From: Parcubacteria group bacterium GW2011_GWA1_40_21
GTDB taxonomy: Bacteria; Patescibacteriota; Minisyncoccia; Phycocordibacterales; GWA1-40-21
Assembly: GCA_000996205.1 (NCBI GenBank)
Contig: LBYO01000003.1
Span: 1-41,582 of the forward strand
DNA: 41,582 nt
Reading direction: 5' to 3'
Notes under the pieces: model-generated
The model's database searches: none
What the model saw: the letters and a program-made list of their open reading frames with translations, nothing else
Told to the model about the DNA's origin: nothing
Translations under genes and position numbers: made by a program
Shown: one piece after another, positions 1 to 10,901 of the stretch
Numbering within the stretch: the first letter of the stretch is position 1
Layout: each line of letters begins with the position of its first letter

Positions 1-55
1 CGACAAAAGAAATGTCCTCATCAATTCCACCGGCCAGATTTCCATCGGCAGATAG
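1..55 (+). CDS. 3' end of an upstream gene, probably a FimT/GspH-like minor pilin (partial)
   Basis: Frame 2 reads DKRNVLINSTGQISIGR* (TAG at 53-55), directly upstream of three pilin genes. Confidence 0.5.
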   Translation, partial: DKRNVLINSTGQISIGR

Positions 56-79
56 AATTAAAAATGATCAAACAGCCAA

Positions 80-823
80 ATGAACACTAATATTATTACA
101 AAAAAACTCTCCCCTAAAAAGCTAAAAAGCTACCCGCCCGCCACGACTGCTGTCGGGCATGTCGGGCGCGGCAAGCTACAAGCTAACCGTTTTCATCCAT
201 CAGCTTCCCGAAACCTACAACTCCGCCTCATCGGCGGACGAGCCACAACCAAAAACCCAACCTCATCGGCGGGCAGGCTACAACCTAATCGCGGTTTCAC
301 CCTGATTGAAATGCTCGTCTCAATTTCCGTCTTTATGGTGGTTATGCTTGTCGCCGCGAGCTCGCTTTTGAGCATTATTGACGGCAACAACAAAGCCCAG
401 TCCCTGAAGTCCGCGATAAACAATTTGAATTTCGCACTTGAGAGTATGCAGAAAAATATAAGGGTGGGAACAAGTTATTCGGGGGGTGGGAGTTGTTCTC
501 CCGCCGATACTTGCATAATCTTCGATTCCTACAAAGACCTTAATGGTGATGGTAATATGGATAATGATACTGTTATATATAAGTATAATGATACCGAAAA
601 ATCAATAGAGAGATGTGAGAATATCTCAGGCGTAACTTGTAGTTTAAGCAGTAATTTCACCAGATTGACCGCGCCGGAAGTAAAAATAACTGATATGAAA
701 TTTTATATTGACAGCAGTTCTCAGCCAAGAGTCTTGATTACCATAAGTGGCGAAGCGGGAACTAAGGAAAGAATAAAAACAAATTTTAATCTTCAGACGA
801 CCGTATCGCAAAGATCATTCTAA
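80..823 (+). CDS. Type IV minor pilin (PilW/PulJ-like) with an abnormally long, repeat-derived leader
   Basis: Class III signal G|FTLIEMLVSISVF followed by a hydrophobic helix; about 72-aa leader; DLNGDGNMD Ca-binding-like motif. Confidence 0.88.
   Translation: MNTNIITKKLSPKKLKSYPPATTAVGHVGRGKLQANRFHPSASRNLQLRLIGGRATTKNPTSSAGRLQPNRGFTLIEMLVSISVFMVVMLVAASSLLSIIDGNNKAQSLKSAINNLNFALESMQKNIRVGTSYSGGGSCSPADTCIIFDSYKDLNGDGNMDNDTVIYKYNDTEKSIERCENISGVTCSLSSNFTRLTAPEVKITDMKFYIDSSSQPRVLITISGEAGTKERIKTNFNLQTTVSQRSF
134..172 (+). repeat. 39-nt GC-rich module A, identical copy at 939-977
   Basis: ccgcccgccacgactgctgtcgggcatgtcgggcgcggc occurs twice, 39/39 identical, in different reading frames. Confidence 0.95.
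211..294 (+). repeat. 84-nt module B, copy at 1513-1596
   Basis: 83/84 identical; contains the palindrome tccgcctcatcggcgga, ggcgggcagg and ACCTACA heptamers. Confidence 0.95.
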
Positions 824-843
824 TTGAGTAAGATACAATCTAT

Positions 844-1494
844 ATGAAATTTATAAAAATAATAAAAAATAAAATCCTAGCCGCCAGTTGCAATTTGTCA
901 TGCGTCAGGAAACTCTTCCCTAAAAACCTACCACCTATCCGCCCGCCACGACTGCTGTCGGGCATGTCGGGCGCGGCCGCCTACAACCTACAACCTTCCG
1001 CCAAAGGTTTCACCCTCATAGAAACTCTCGTCGCCATCTCAATCCTTATGGTCGCGGTCGCGAGCCCCTTAACTATCGCCCAGAAAGGATTAGCTTCAGC
1101 TATCTATGCCAAAGATCAAATCATCGCCTCTTATCTGGCGCAAGACGCGATAGAATACATAATAAACGCGAGCGATAAAAATGTCGCGGATGGAAAAGGC
1201 TGGCTTCTGGGAATAAGCGATAATTGCGGAACGGCTTGCGCGGTTAACACAAGAATAGACAGCGGAATTGCCTCTTGCGCTGGAACTTGCGACGCTCTTA
1301 ATTACAACGAGTCAACAAATATTTACAGCCATGATTCTACAGGTGGTGACAATAAAGCGTCGCCATTCACGAGAACAGTTAAAGCTACAGAAGGTCCGAC
1401 CGACGAAGCGCTGATTACCGTGACGATGTCTTGGAAAGACAAAGGAGCTGATAGGAGCCTTAATTTTTACACGAGAATATTTAATTGGAGATAA
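844..1494 (+). CDS. Type IV minor pilin (PilV/PulI-like)
   Basis: G|FTLIETLVAISIL motif; A..LAQDAIE helix; C-terminal F.R.V / ITVTMSW; long leader. Confidence 0.88.
   Translation: MKFIKIIKNKILAASCNLSCVRKLFPKNLPPIRPPRLLSGMSGAAAYNLQPSAKGFTLIETLVAISILMVAVASPLTIAQKGLASAIYAKDQIIASYLAQDAIEYIINASDKNVADGKGWLLGISDNCGTACAVNTRIDSGIASCAGTCDALNYNESTNIYSHDSTGGDNKASPFTRTVKATEGPTDEALITVTMSWKDKGADRSLNFYTRIFNWR
939..977 (+). repeat. Module A, second copy
   Basis: Identical to 134-172; flanked by ACCTAC(A/C) heptamers. Confidence 0.95.
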
Positions 1495-1501
1495 TAATAT
1501 T

Positions 1502-2086
1502 ATGGCAAATAAAAACCTACCACTCCGCCTCATCGGCGGACGAGCCACAACCAAAAACCCAACCTCATCGGCGGGCAGGCTACAACCTAATCGCGGATTC
1601 GCGATGCTGTTTTCCGTCCTCGTATCCAGCTTGCTTGTCGTTATCGGACTGTCAATCTTCAACATCACCCTCAAAGAATTGACCATTTCAACCTCGGCAA
1701 GAGAATCTCAGACGGCTTTTTACGCCGCCAACAGCGGACTGGAATGCGCCCTTCGGTGGGATAATTTAAATGGAAATGGCTTAAGAAGCGCCTTCGCTTC
1801 CACTTCCGCTTCGGATGAAATTGACAGTGCCAAAAGCGTAATAGCTTTATGCAATACCGTGAGAGTAAACAGCGCCACCTCCGCCACTACGGAATTTGAA
1901 TTTAAAGTAAATAACTCGGGTGATTCCAATGGTCCTTGCGCCAAAGTTAAGGTTGTAAAGACTCCCGGTTCTCCGACTGTTGAAAAGATGACCACGGTAA
2001 TTGAATCTCGTGGCAAGAACATTTGCGACACAAGCGGCAGAAGAGTTGAAAGAGGCTTGAAAGCCACTATAATTACGCAGATGTAG
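1502..2086 (+). CDS. PilX/PulK-like minor pilin
   Basis: G|FAMLFSVLV (no Glu at +5), S..AFYAANSGLECAL, C-terminal IESRG...R.VERGL. Confidence 0.85.
   Translation: MANKNLPLRLIGGRATTKNPTSSAGRLQPNRGFAMLFSVLVSSLLVVIGLSIFNITLKELTISTSARESQTAFYAANSGLECALRWDNLNGNGLRSAFASTSASDEIDSAKSVIALCNTVRVNSATSATTEFEFKVNNSGDSNGPCAKVKVVKTPGSPTVEKMTTVIESRGKNICDTSGRRVERGLKATIITQM
1513..1596 (+). repeat. Module B, second copy
   Basis: 83/84 identical to 211-294. Confidence 0.95.
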
Positions 2087-2125
2087 CCAGGCGAAGCTCG
2101 TAGCTTTTTAGCTTGTTAGGTATAA

Positions 2126-4237
<2,112 letters not shown>

Positions 4238-4240
4238 TTA

Positions 4241-4350
4241 CCTTGAATTACGAAACGCAAAAAATTTATAGGTCTATTGAGCAAAAACACTTAGAAGACA
4301 AAGAGATTTTGCGACCCGAGGACCTAATTTTTGCTTTTCGTAATTCAAGG
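4241..4350 (-). mobile_element. 110-nt MITE-like hairpin element, copy 1 of 3
   Basis: Terminal IR ccttgaattacgaaa/tttcgtaattcaagg; its reverse complement aligns with 30056-30173 and 40918-41027. Confidence 0.8.
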
Positions 4351-4367
4351 ATTTTGAATGCTGTGAA

Positions 4368-4817
4368 TTAAAAGAGGCTTTCCGCGGCTTCTTTCACATC
4401 GGCGCCGTCAGCCGTACCGTTTAACTCTTTCATTGTCGCGCCTATAAGCTGTCCGATTTTTGATTTGTCGGCGATACCTAACTTTTCTTTCATTTCAACA
4501 ACTTTTTTCTTCACGTCTTCTCTGCCCATCATCCTCGGAAGAAAGGTTTCAAGAATTTTAAGTTCCAATTCTTCGGCTGAAGCCAGTTCTTCTCGCCCAC
4601 CTTTTCTGAATTGGTCAATTGAATCTTTTCTTTGTTTAACCGCTCTTCTGATTACGGTGATGATTTCTTCGTCAGACAATTCTTCCTGCGGTTTCCTCTT
4701 GGTCGCGACCAATTCGTTGGTAAACGCAGTAAGAAGTCCGCGCAAAACGGTCAGACGAACTGTGTCCTTGGCGAGCATAGCTATTTTAATTCCTTCTTTT
4801 ATTTGTTTGTGCAACAT
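4368..4817 (-). CDS. GatB/YqeY domain protein
   Basis: AM.AKD..RL.VLR, KQRKDSIDQF..GGR.ELA..E, G.ADG..V motifs. Confidence 0.92.
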   Translation of the reverse strand: MLHKQIKEGIKIAMLAKDTVRLTVLRGLLTAFTNELVATKRKPQEELSDEEIITVIRRAVKQRKDSIDQFRKGGREELASAEELELKILETFLPRMMGREDVKKKVVEMKEKLGIADKSKIGQLIGATMKELNGTADGADVKEAAESLF

Positions 4818-4826
4818 ATTTTTTAA

Positions 4827-4920
4827 AAGGTTATAGGTATTAGGTTGTAGGTTTAAGATAGGAAAATTAATTTTTTAATCCAAAACCTATAACCTAACAC
4901 CTACAAACTAAAACCTTCCG
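4827..4920. repeat. Inverted pair of 7-mer (ACCTA(C/T)A-type) arrays
   Basis: Left arm aaggttataggtattaggttgtaggttt; right arm aaacctataacctaacacctacaaactaaaacc. Confidence 0.9.
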
Positions 4921-4963
4921 ACAATACTATCACAATCGCGTTCGGATTGGTATAATGATTTTT

Positions 4964-6031
4964 ATGTCCAATCAATTGATCATAATTTTATTGATAATTC
5001 TGTTTCTCGTGGGAATTTTTAATGTATTCTTTATACGATTCGCGCTTAGGAGGAAGAGTGAGCCGGAAAGAGGAGCGGAAGAGACCGGTTTCAAATTGCT
5101 TCTGGAGCAAGTCAATGAACTTTCAAGAACGGTTGACCACAAGCTTGGGGAATCGGCGAAGCAGATGAACGAGTCGGTGCGATTTCAATCCGCCGAATCG
5201 TCAAAAATAATCAGAGACATCACTGAGAGGCTTACTCGCCTTGATGAGACGAACAAGCAAGTCGTGTCTTTCGCCGACCAGCTCCAGTCTCTCCAAGATA
5301 TTTTGAAAAATCCGAAACAACGAGGAATCCTCGGCGAATATTATTTGGAGACATTGTTAAAAAATGTTCTTCCTCCGGGCAGTTATCAAATGCAGTATCC
5401 GTTTAAAGACGGCACTATCGTAGATGCGGTAGTTTTCGTGAAAGATAAAATAATACCGATTGATTCAAAATTCTCTCTTGAAAATTATAATCGTTTGAGC
5501 GAAGAAAAGGATTCAACCGAAAGAGAACGGTTAGAAAAAGCTTTCAAAGCTGACCTTAAAAATAGAATTGACGAAACTTCAAAGTATGTGAAACCCTCCG
5601 AAGGAACGATGGATTTCGCCTTTATGTTCATTCCTCACGAAGCTATTTATTACGACCTGTTGGTGGCGCAAGTTGGAGCGGTCAAGGTAAACACAAGAGA
5701 TTTGATAGAGTACGCATTTAAGGAAAGGCATGTCATTATCGTCTCGCCGACTTCCTTTTTAGCTTACTTGCAAACGGTATTGCAAGGACTTAAGGCTCTT
5801 CAGATAGAAGAGTCCGCGAAAGAAATAAGAAAAAATGTTGAGGATTTGCAAAAACATTTGAGAAGTTACGAAGAATACCATCAAAAGCTCGGCAATTCTT
5901 TGACGACGACAGTCAACCATTTCAACGCGTCCGGCAAGGAATTTAAAAAGATTGACAAAGATGTGATGAGAATAACGGGAATAACTTCAGAGTTTGAGGC
6001 GTTGCCGATAGATAAGCCGGAAGCGGAATAA
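4964..6031 (+). CDS. rmuC: DNA recombination protein RmuC
   Basis: N-terminal TM, coiled coil, K.RG..GE..LE, IDSKF, T.DFAFMFIP.E, VSPT. ATG 4964 lies 7 nt after TGgTATAAT (ORF track starts at 4955). Confidence 0.92.
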   Translation: MSNQLIIILLIILFLVGIFNVFFIRFALRRKSEPERGAEETGFKLLLEQVNELSRTVDHKLGESAKQMNESVRFQSAESSKIIRDITERLTRLDETNKQVVSFADQLQSLQDILKNPKQRGILGEYYLETLLKNVLPPGSYQMQYPFKDGTIVDAVVFVKDKIIPIDSKFSLENYNRLSEEKDSTERERLEKAFKADLKNRIDETSKYVKPSEGTMDFAFMFIPHEAIYYDLLVAQVGAVKVNTRDLIEYAFKERHVIIVSPTSFLAYLQTVLQGLKALQIEESAKEIRKNVEDLQKHLRSYEEYHQKLGNSLTTTVNHFNASGKEFKKIDKDVMRITGITSEFEALPIDKPEAE

Positions 6032-6082
6032 AGGCAGGTTTTAGGTTTCTAATCAAATCCCAATGTCTAATCCAAATTTCTT

Positions 6083-6120
6083 AAACCTATAACCTAACAC
6101 CTACAACCTAAAACCTTCCG
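6083..6120 (+). repeat. 7-mer array, 37/38 direct repeat of 4883-4920
   Basis: aaacctataacctaacacctacaacctaaaaccttccg. Confidence 0.92.
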
Positions 6121-6161
6121 CATATTGCATTTAACCCGCGAATATGTAAAATGTAATAATT

Positions 6162-6482
6162 ATGGAATTTGCGGTTATAAAAACAGGCGGGAAGCAATAC
6201 AAAGTCTCCGTGGGCGACTCTGTCAATATTGAGAAGATGCGCGGAGAATTCAAAGAGGGTGACAAAATCACTTTTGATAAAGTCTTGCTTGTTGACAACG
6301 GCAAAGACACAACTACAATCGGGACGCCTTACATAGACGGAGCTAAAGTGGAAGCTGTGCTTGAAAAAATCGGCAGAGCGAAGAAGGTTATAGTGATAAA
6401 ATACAAGCAAAAAAGCAGATATTTCAAAAAGAACGGGCATAGACAGCCTTTCTTCAAAGTAAAAATAGCGGCTATCGTGTAA
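6162..6482 (+). CDS. rplU: 50S ribosomal protein L21
   Basis: AVIKTGGKQYKV ... KK.GHRQPF. Confidence 0.98.
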   Translation: MEFAVIKTGGKQYKVSVGDSVNIEKMRGEFKEGDKITFDKVLLVDNGKDTTTIGTPYIDGAKVEAVLEKIGRAKKVIVIKYKQKSRYFKKNGHRQPFFKVKIAAIV

Positions 6483-6492
6483 ATTATAGAAT

Positions 6493-7095
6493 TTGAATTT
6501 CCTCGATATTCTAATGGGAAAAAAGAAAATCTTCATACTTCTTGGACATCCGGACAAAGAAACAAAATCGGGTTATTTTGCTGACAGCTACGAAAAAGGC
6601 GCGAAAGAAGCGGGTTACGAAGTAAAAAGGGTAAATATCGGCGACTTGAAATTTGATCCGATTCTCCGCAAAGGATATAAAGAAATACAAGGGCTTGAAC
6701 CCGATCTCGTGATGGTTCAAGACAATATAAAATGGGCTGATCATTTCGTAATTTTTTATCCAAGCTGGTGGTCTACGATGCCGGCAATTCTCAAAGGAAT
6801 GTTTGATAGAATGTGGCTTCCGTGTTTCGCTTTCAATTTCAATAAAAAAGGTTTCGGCTGGAAAAAACATCTCAAAGGGAGATCGGCGCTAGTGGCGGTT
6901 TCTTCCGACTCTCATCCCTTCATCGCGCGGATTCTTATGGGTGATTCCACCAATGAAATAAAGAAAGGCATCCTTAAATTCGCCGGATTTTCACCGGTCC
7001 GGATTTTAAAAGTCGGACCTCTTAAAAACATTTCGCAAGAGAAAAAAGAGAAGTGGGCAAAAAAGCTTTTTGAATTAGGCAAAAAAGGAGTCTAG
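6493..7095 (+). CDS. NAD(P)H-dependent oxidoreductase, flavodoxin-2 fold (KefF/MdaB-like)
   Basis: LGHP, WADHFVIFYP.WW..MPAILKGMFDR. Start is TTG 6493 or ATG 6514. Confidence 0.9.
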   Translation: MNFLDILMGKKKIFILLGHPDKETKSGYFADSYEKGAKEAGYEVKRVNIGDLKFDPILRKGYKEIQGLEPDLVMVQDNIKWADHFVIFYPSWWSTMPAILKGMFDRMWLPCFAFNFNKKGFGWKKHLKGRSALVAVSSDSHPFIARILMGDSTNEIKKGILKFAGFSPVRILKVGPLKNISQEKKEKWAKKLFELGKKGV

Positions 7096-7099
7096 AGTA

Positions 7100-7135
7100 G
7101 TTGAAAGTTCATCAAGTTTGTAAAGTCTATAAAGT
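7100..7135 (+). repeat. 9-mer tandem array (AAAGTNNRT-type)
   Basis: gttgaaagttcatcaagtttgtaaagtctataaagt; relatives at 29923, 30175, 32294 and 32400. Confidence 0.75.
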
Positions 7136-7166
7136 AGAGATGGGGGAGTCGGAAGTTAAGAGCGAG

Positions 7167-7294
7167 CATTCTCTTTTTAAAAGACTTGCGCAGGAAATTA
7201 GAAAATAACAACTTTCTTAAGTTGATTATTTTATTGATTGACGAGCAGAGAAATCCGTCAGCTGACGGATATTCGTGCTTTTAAAAAGAGAATG
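7167..7294 (+). repeat. Structured hairpin element with an ATCCGTC-AGCN-GACGGAT core (member 1)
   Basis: Perfect 17-bp terminal IR; internal 7-bp hairpin at 7253-7270; core shared with 19242-19359. Confidence 0.8.
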
Positions 7295-7305
7295 TGAGCG
7301 ATCTC

Positions 7306-8019
7306 TCATTCTTTGCGCAGGGGCGCTTTTTTAATTATCTCAATTATTTCATCGTCTGAATCTACTATTTTATATAGATCCATATCATCTTCGTCAATAG
7401 CACTTATCTCTTTGAAGAGAGTTTCTCTGATGAATTCATCAACTTTGTCCCAGTGCTTCTTGCCGACCAAAACAATCGGAACTTTCGGTATCTTTTTTGT
7501 TTGGACGAGGGTTACTATTTCAAATAATTCGTCCATAGTTCCAAATCCTCCGGGGAAAAACAGGTAAGTCTCGGCGGAAAATGAGAGCATTACTTTTCTG
7601 CTGAAGAAAAAGCTGAATTCTCTGAAATTGGTCAAATATTTATTTGCCGGAAATTCTTCAGGAAGTTTGATTATAAGACCCAATGAGTCGCCGCCGGCCT
7701 CGAAGGCTCCTTTGTTGGCGGCCTCCATAATTCCGGGGCCGCCTCCGCTCACAACCGCGTAATTGAGCTCCTTTACTATTCTTGCGGAAAGTTCGGCGGC
7801 TCGCTTAAAATATTCGTTGTCTTCCGTAAATCTTGAGGAACCGAAAAAAGTCACGGATCTGGGATATTTCTTAATTAATTCAAAACCAGACTCAAACTCG
7901 CCATTTATCACAACCATTCTTTTTTTTATCGCTTCTTCAACTTTCTGGAGCGTAAGAGGAAGTTCCGCTTCACAGCATAGCTTTCGGTACTGGCTGATTT
8001 TTGATCCATTTTCTTTCAT
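7306..8019 (-). CDS. LOG family protein (TIGR00730, YgdH/PpnN-like)
   Basis: SVTFFGSSR, SGGGPGIMEAANKGA, FF.RK, PGGFGTMDELFE. Confidence 0.93.
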   Translation of the reverse strand: MKENGSKISQYRKLCCEAELPLTLQKVEEAIKKRMVVINGEFESGFELIKKYPRSVTFFGSSRFTEDNEYFKRAAELSARIVKELNYAVVSGGGPGIMEAANKGAFEAGGDSLGLIIKLPEEFPANKYLTNFREFSFFFSRKVMLSFSAETYLFFPGGFGTMDELFEIVTLVQTKKIPKVPIVLVGKKHWDKVDEFIRETLFKEISAIDEDDMDLYKIVDSDDEIIEIIKKAPLRKE

Positions 8020-8191
8020 AAATTTTATTTGCCCTTATGTATAAATATTATGCTATATATTAGCAGTTTTTTATTTTTTTGCATATTTGCGAAAAAAGGT
8101 GTGCGGATAAATATTATGTGATACAATTTCGGAAACGGGTTTGGTATGTATATTTATTTTTATTAGATAATAGTTTTATGCAATTATAAAT

Positions 8192-8623
8192 ATGAAAAAA
8201 AGAAATGAAATAATAGCGGTAGCCGTTGCTTTGGCGGCGGTGGGAGTATTATTTTTCTGGGGCAAAGGTTTTACAAATAAGATTAATCCTAACGATAACA
8301 ATAAAATGCAAGATGAAAATATTGTCGGCGATGGGGCGAAAGCGGGCGATGTGGTGACTATTCATTACACGGGCACTTTGGAAAACGGGACTAAGTTTGA
8401 CAGCTCGCTTGACAGAGGCCAGCCGTTTGAATTTACGCTCGGCGTGGGGCAAGTTATCAAAGGATTTGATAATGGCATACTCGGAATGAAAATCGGAGAG
8501 AAGAAAACAATCGTGATCAACCCTGAAGACGGATACGGCAGCGCCGCGGTCGGTTCAATTCCCCCGAACTCCACTCTTATTTTTGATGTTGAGCTGTTGG
8601 GTATCGCGCCGGAGAAAAATTAG
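8192..8623 (+). CDS. FKBP-type peptidyl-prolyl isomerase, membrane anchored
   Basis: [42 protein letters not shown]; N-terminal TM. Confidence 0.96.
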   Translation: MKKRNEIIAVAVALAAVGVLFFWGKGFTNKINPNDNNKMQDENIVGDGAKAGDVVTIHYTGTLENGTKFDSSLDRGQPFEFTLGVGQVIKGFDNGILGMKIGEKKTIVINPEDGYGSAAVGSIPPNSTLIFDVELLGIAPEKN

Positions 8624-8698
8624 GACTTGGATGTTTAGCGAACTTATTCGTTCTAAACTTTGGTTTAATAAAACTTTGAATTGTGAAATACTATTTTC

Positions 8699-8771
8699 TG
8701 TCATTCCCGTGAATACGGGAATCCAGATTTAATCAAGGTTGAACTGAATTCCCGCTTGTGCGGGGATGACA
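8699..8771. repeat. 73-nt REP-doublet element (TGTCATTCCCG...GGGAATCCAG / ...GGGGATGACA), intergenic copy
   Basis: Two inverted hairpin arms with a 17-nt spacer; same length and layout as 23084-23156. Confidence 0.9.
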
Positions 8772-8782
8772 TAGTAAGAAAA

Positions 8783-10000
8783 ATGTCCGCCATTAAATTC
8801 AAAATCGAAAAAAGGCTCAAGGGGAAATTGGGCAGAGCCGGTGTTTTGGAGACTCCAAACGGGTCAATTCAAACGCCGGCTTTTGTCGTTGTGGGGACTA
8901 AAGCGACCGTGAAGGCTCTGACGCCGGAACAAGTGAAAGATTTGGGAACTCAAGTTGTTCTTGCGAATACTTACCATCTCTATCTTCAGCCAGGCGACGA
9001 GATTGTAGCGGAGGCTGGCGGATTGCGCAAATTTATGAATTGGCAAGGACCGACAATGACGGACTCCGGCGGTTTTCAAGTGTTTTCTCTAGGAGCCGCA
9101 TATGGTAAAGAAATTTCCAAAGTGGTGAAAATTACCGACCCATCGCTTATGATTCCCGAACGGTTTGACGATTCCGACGCGCCGTGTCTGGCAAAAATCG
9201 GACAAGACGGTGTGTCTTTCAAATCGCATTTGGACGGTTCGGTTCACTACATCACTCCGGAGAAATCAATCCAGATTCAGCACAATCTTGGCGCCGATAT
9301 GATTTTCGCCTTTGACGAATGCACATCGCCCGCGGAAGATATCCGCTATCAGACAGAGGCGCTTGATCGGACGCATAGATGGGCGAAAAGAAGTCTGGAA
9401 GAACACATTAGACTGAATAAAGAAAATAAAATCGCTCTCTTTGGAATCGTGCAAGGCGGAAGGGAAGAAGATTTGAGAAAAAAATCCGCCAAGTCTCTGT
9501 CGGAGATGGAAGTTAATGGCGAAGGCTTTGATGGGTTCGGCATCGGCGGATCTTTCGCCAAAGAGGATATGTCTACCGCCGTAAAATGGGTCAATGAAAT
9601 TTTGCCCGAAGAGAAACCAAGACATCTGCTCGGCATCGGCGAGCCGGAAGACTTATTTATGGGAATAGAAAACGGCGTTGACCTTTTTGACTGCGTAGCT
9701 CCGACGAGAATCGCCAGAAATGGCTCGCTTTATACAGGGATAGGAAACATCAATATCTTAAATTCCAAATTCATCTCCGATTTTTCAAAAATTGATGAAG
9801 ATTGCCATTGCTACACCTGCCAGAATTACACTAGAGCCTATCTCGCGCATCTTTTCAGAGGCAAAGAAATTCTAGCGAACACTTTGGCATCAATTCATAA
9901 TCTATATTTCATAGTGAGCCTAGTAAAAAAAATCCGCCAGTCAATTTTGGACGATAATTTTGCGGATTTTAAAACGGACTTTTTAATGCGATATAAATAA
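8783..10000 (+). CDS. tgt: tRNA-guanine transglycosylase
   Basis: LANTYHL, TDSGGFQVFSL, GIVQGG, DLFDCVAPTR.ARNG, CxCxxC...HN. ATG 8783 preferred, because the upstream TTG lies inside the repeat. Confidence 0.97.
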   Translation: MSAIKFKIEKRLKGKLGRAGVLETPNGSIQTPAFVVVGTKATVKALTPEQVKDLGTQVVLANTYHLYLQPGDEIVAEAGGLRKFMNWQGPTMTDSGGFQVFSLGAAYGKEISKVVKITDPSLMIPERFDDSDAPCLAKIGQDGVSFKSHLDGSVHYITPEKSIQIQHNLGADMIFAFDECTSPAEDIRYQTEALDRTHRWAKRSLEEHIRLNKENKIALFGIVQGGREEDLRKKSAKSLSEMEVNGEGFDGFGIGGSFAKEDMSTAVKWVNEILPEEKPRHLLGIGEPEDLFMGIENGVDLFDCVAPTRIARNGSLYTGIGNINILNSKFISDFSKIDEDCHCYTCQNYTRAYLAHLFRGKEILANTLASIHNLYFIVSLVKKIRQSILDDNFADFKTDFLMRYK

Positions 10001-10002
10001 TC

Positions 10003-10026
10003 TTTGGACATTCGATATCTAAGTTT
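10003..10026 (+). repeat. Degenerate TTGGACATnnGATGTCCAA palindrome, direct repeat with 11490-11513
   Basis: tttggacattcgatatctaagttt vs tttggacatcagatgtccaagttt, 20/24 identical. Confidence 0.7.
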
Positions 10027-10235
10027 TTGCACAGCATCTTTACAAAATAGATAAGCTATGCTTAAGTTAAGAAATAAATATGAATAAATATTACAAACAA
10101 ATAAATAATAGGTCAATTTCCCAGGCGAATCTGGGTATTATAGGTCTTTATCTAAAAACGAATATGTTTTCGTCTAGCCGTGGTAATTTTATGATTAACT
10201 TTTTCTAAATTTTTGAAAAAATCTCATCTTAAAAT

Positions 10236-10268
10236 AATCTCGGCTGAACAAAAGCTGAGATTTTGTTT
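10236..10268 (+). terminator. Intrinsic terminator-like hairpin in the leader of the GNAT gene
   Basis: aatctcggct-gaacaaa-agctgagatt followed by ttgttt. Confidence 0.5.
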
Positions 10269-10325
10269 GGTAAAATAATTGTACTTTTAAAATTCTATAA
10301 ACTTTTTAAGGAAAGGATTTAGTTT

Positions 10326-10901
10326 ATGAGTAGAAGAGATAAGGTTGTTTTTTTGGCTGGCAATAAGATCAATCTTAGGCCGCTATTAAAAAGCGATGCT
10401 GGCAAGTTATCGAGATGGATAAATGATCCCGAAGTAACTCAGTATCTTTCTGTGTATTTACCAATGTACGAAAAAGAGGAGATTGACTGGATAGAAAATC
10501 TCTCTAAATGCAAGCCTAATGATATTGTTTTGGGGATTGAAACCATCGCAGGCATTTTAATTGGAACAATAGGTCTTCATGGGACAAACTGGAAAGACAG
10601 AGCAACTAATCTTGGTATCTCTATTGGTGAGAAAAAGTATTGGGGAAAATGTTGCGGAACAGAGGCTGTATCGTTAATTATAGGTTATGCGTTTGAAACC
10701 CTGAATTTGCACAAAGTCTGTTTATCCGTTTTTGGTCACAATGAGCGAGCAATAAGATGTTACAAAAGATGCGGTTTTAAAACGGAGGGTTGCAGAAAAA
10801 AACAAATCTTCAAAAACGGTCGCTATGCAGATGAAATCTTAATGGCTGTATTTAAGGTCAACAAAAAAACAGAAAGGAGATCAAAATGGATAAAACAATA
10901 A
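10326..10901 (+). CDS. GNAT N-acetyltransferase, RimJ/RimL family
   Basis: LRPL..SD, W.NDPEV, IG.IGL, LGISIGEK.YWGK..GTEA, N.RAIRCY..CGF..EG. Confidence 0.93.
   Translation: MSRRDKVVFLAGNKINLRPLLKSDAGKLSRWINDPEVTQYLSVYLPMYEKEEIDWIENLSKCKPNDIVLGIETIAGILIGTIGLHGTNWKDRATNLGISIGEKKYWGKCCGTEAVSLIIGYAFETLNLHKVCLSVFGHNERAIRCYKRCGFKTEGCRKKQIFKNGRYADEILMAVFKVNKKTERRSKWIKQ

Noticed and set aside
80-2086. Diversity-generating retroelement template/variable repeat pair in the pilins
   Set aside because: The repeats are in leaders, are nearly identical without multiple adenine-specific mismatches, and no reverse transcriptase is present.
9115-9190. Extra segment in Tgt (KITDPSLMIPERFDDSDAP) as a palindromic insertion
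   Set aside because: No clear inverted repeat in the DNA; probably an ordinary lineage-specific loop.
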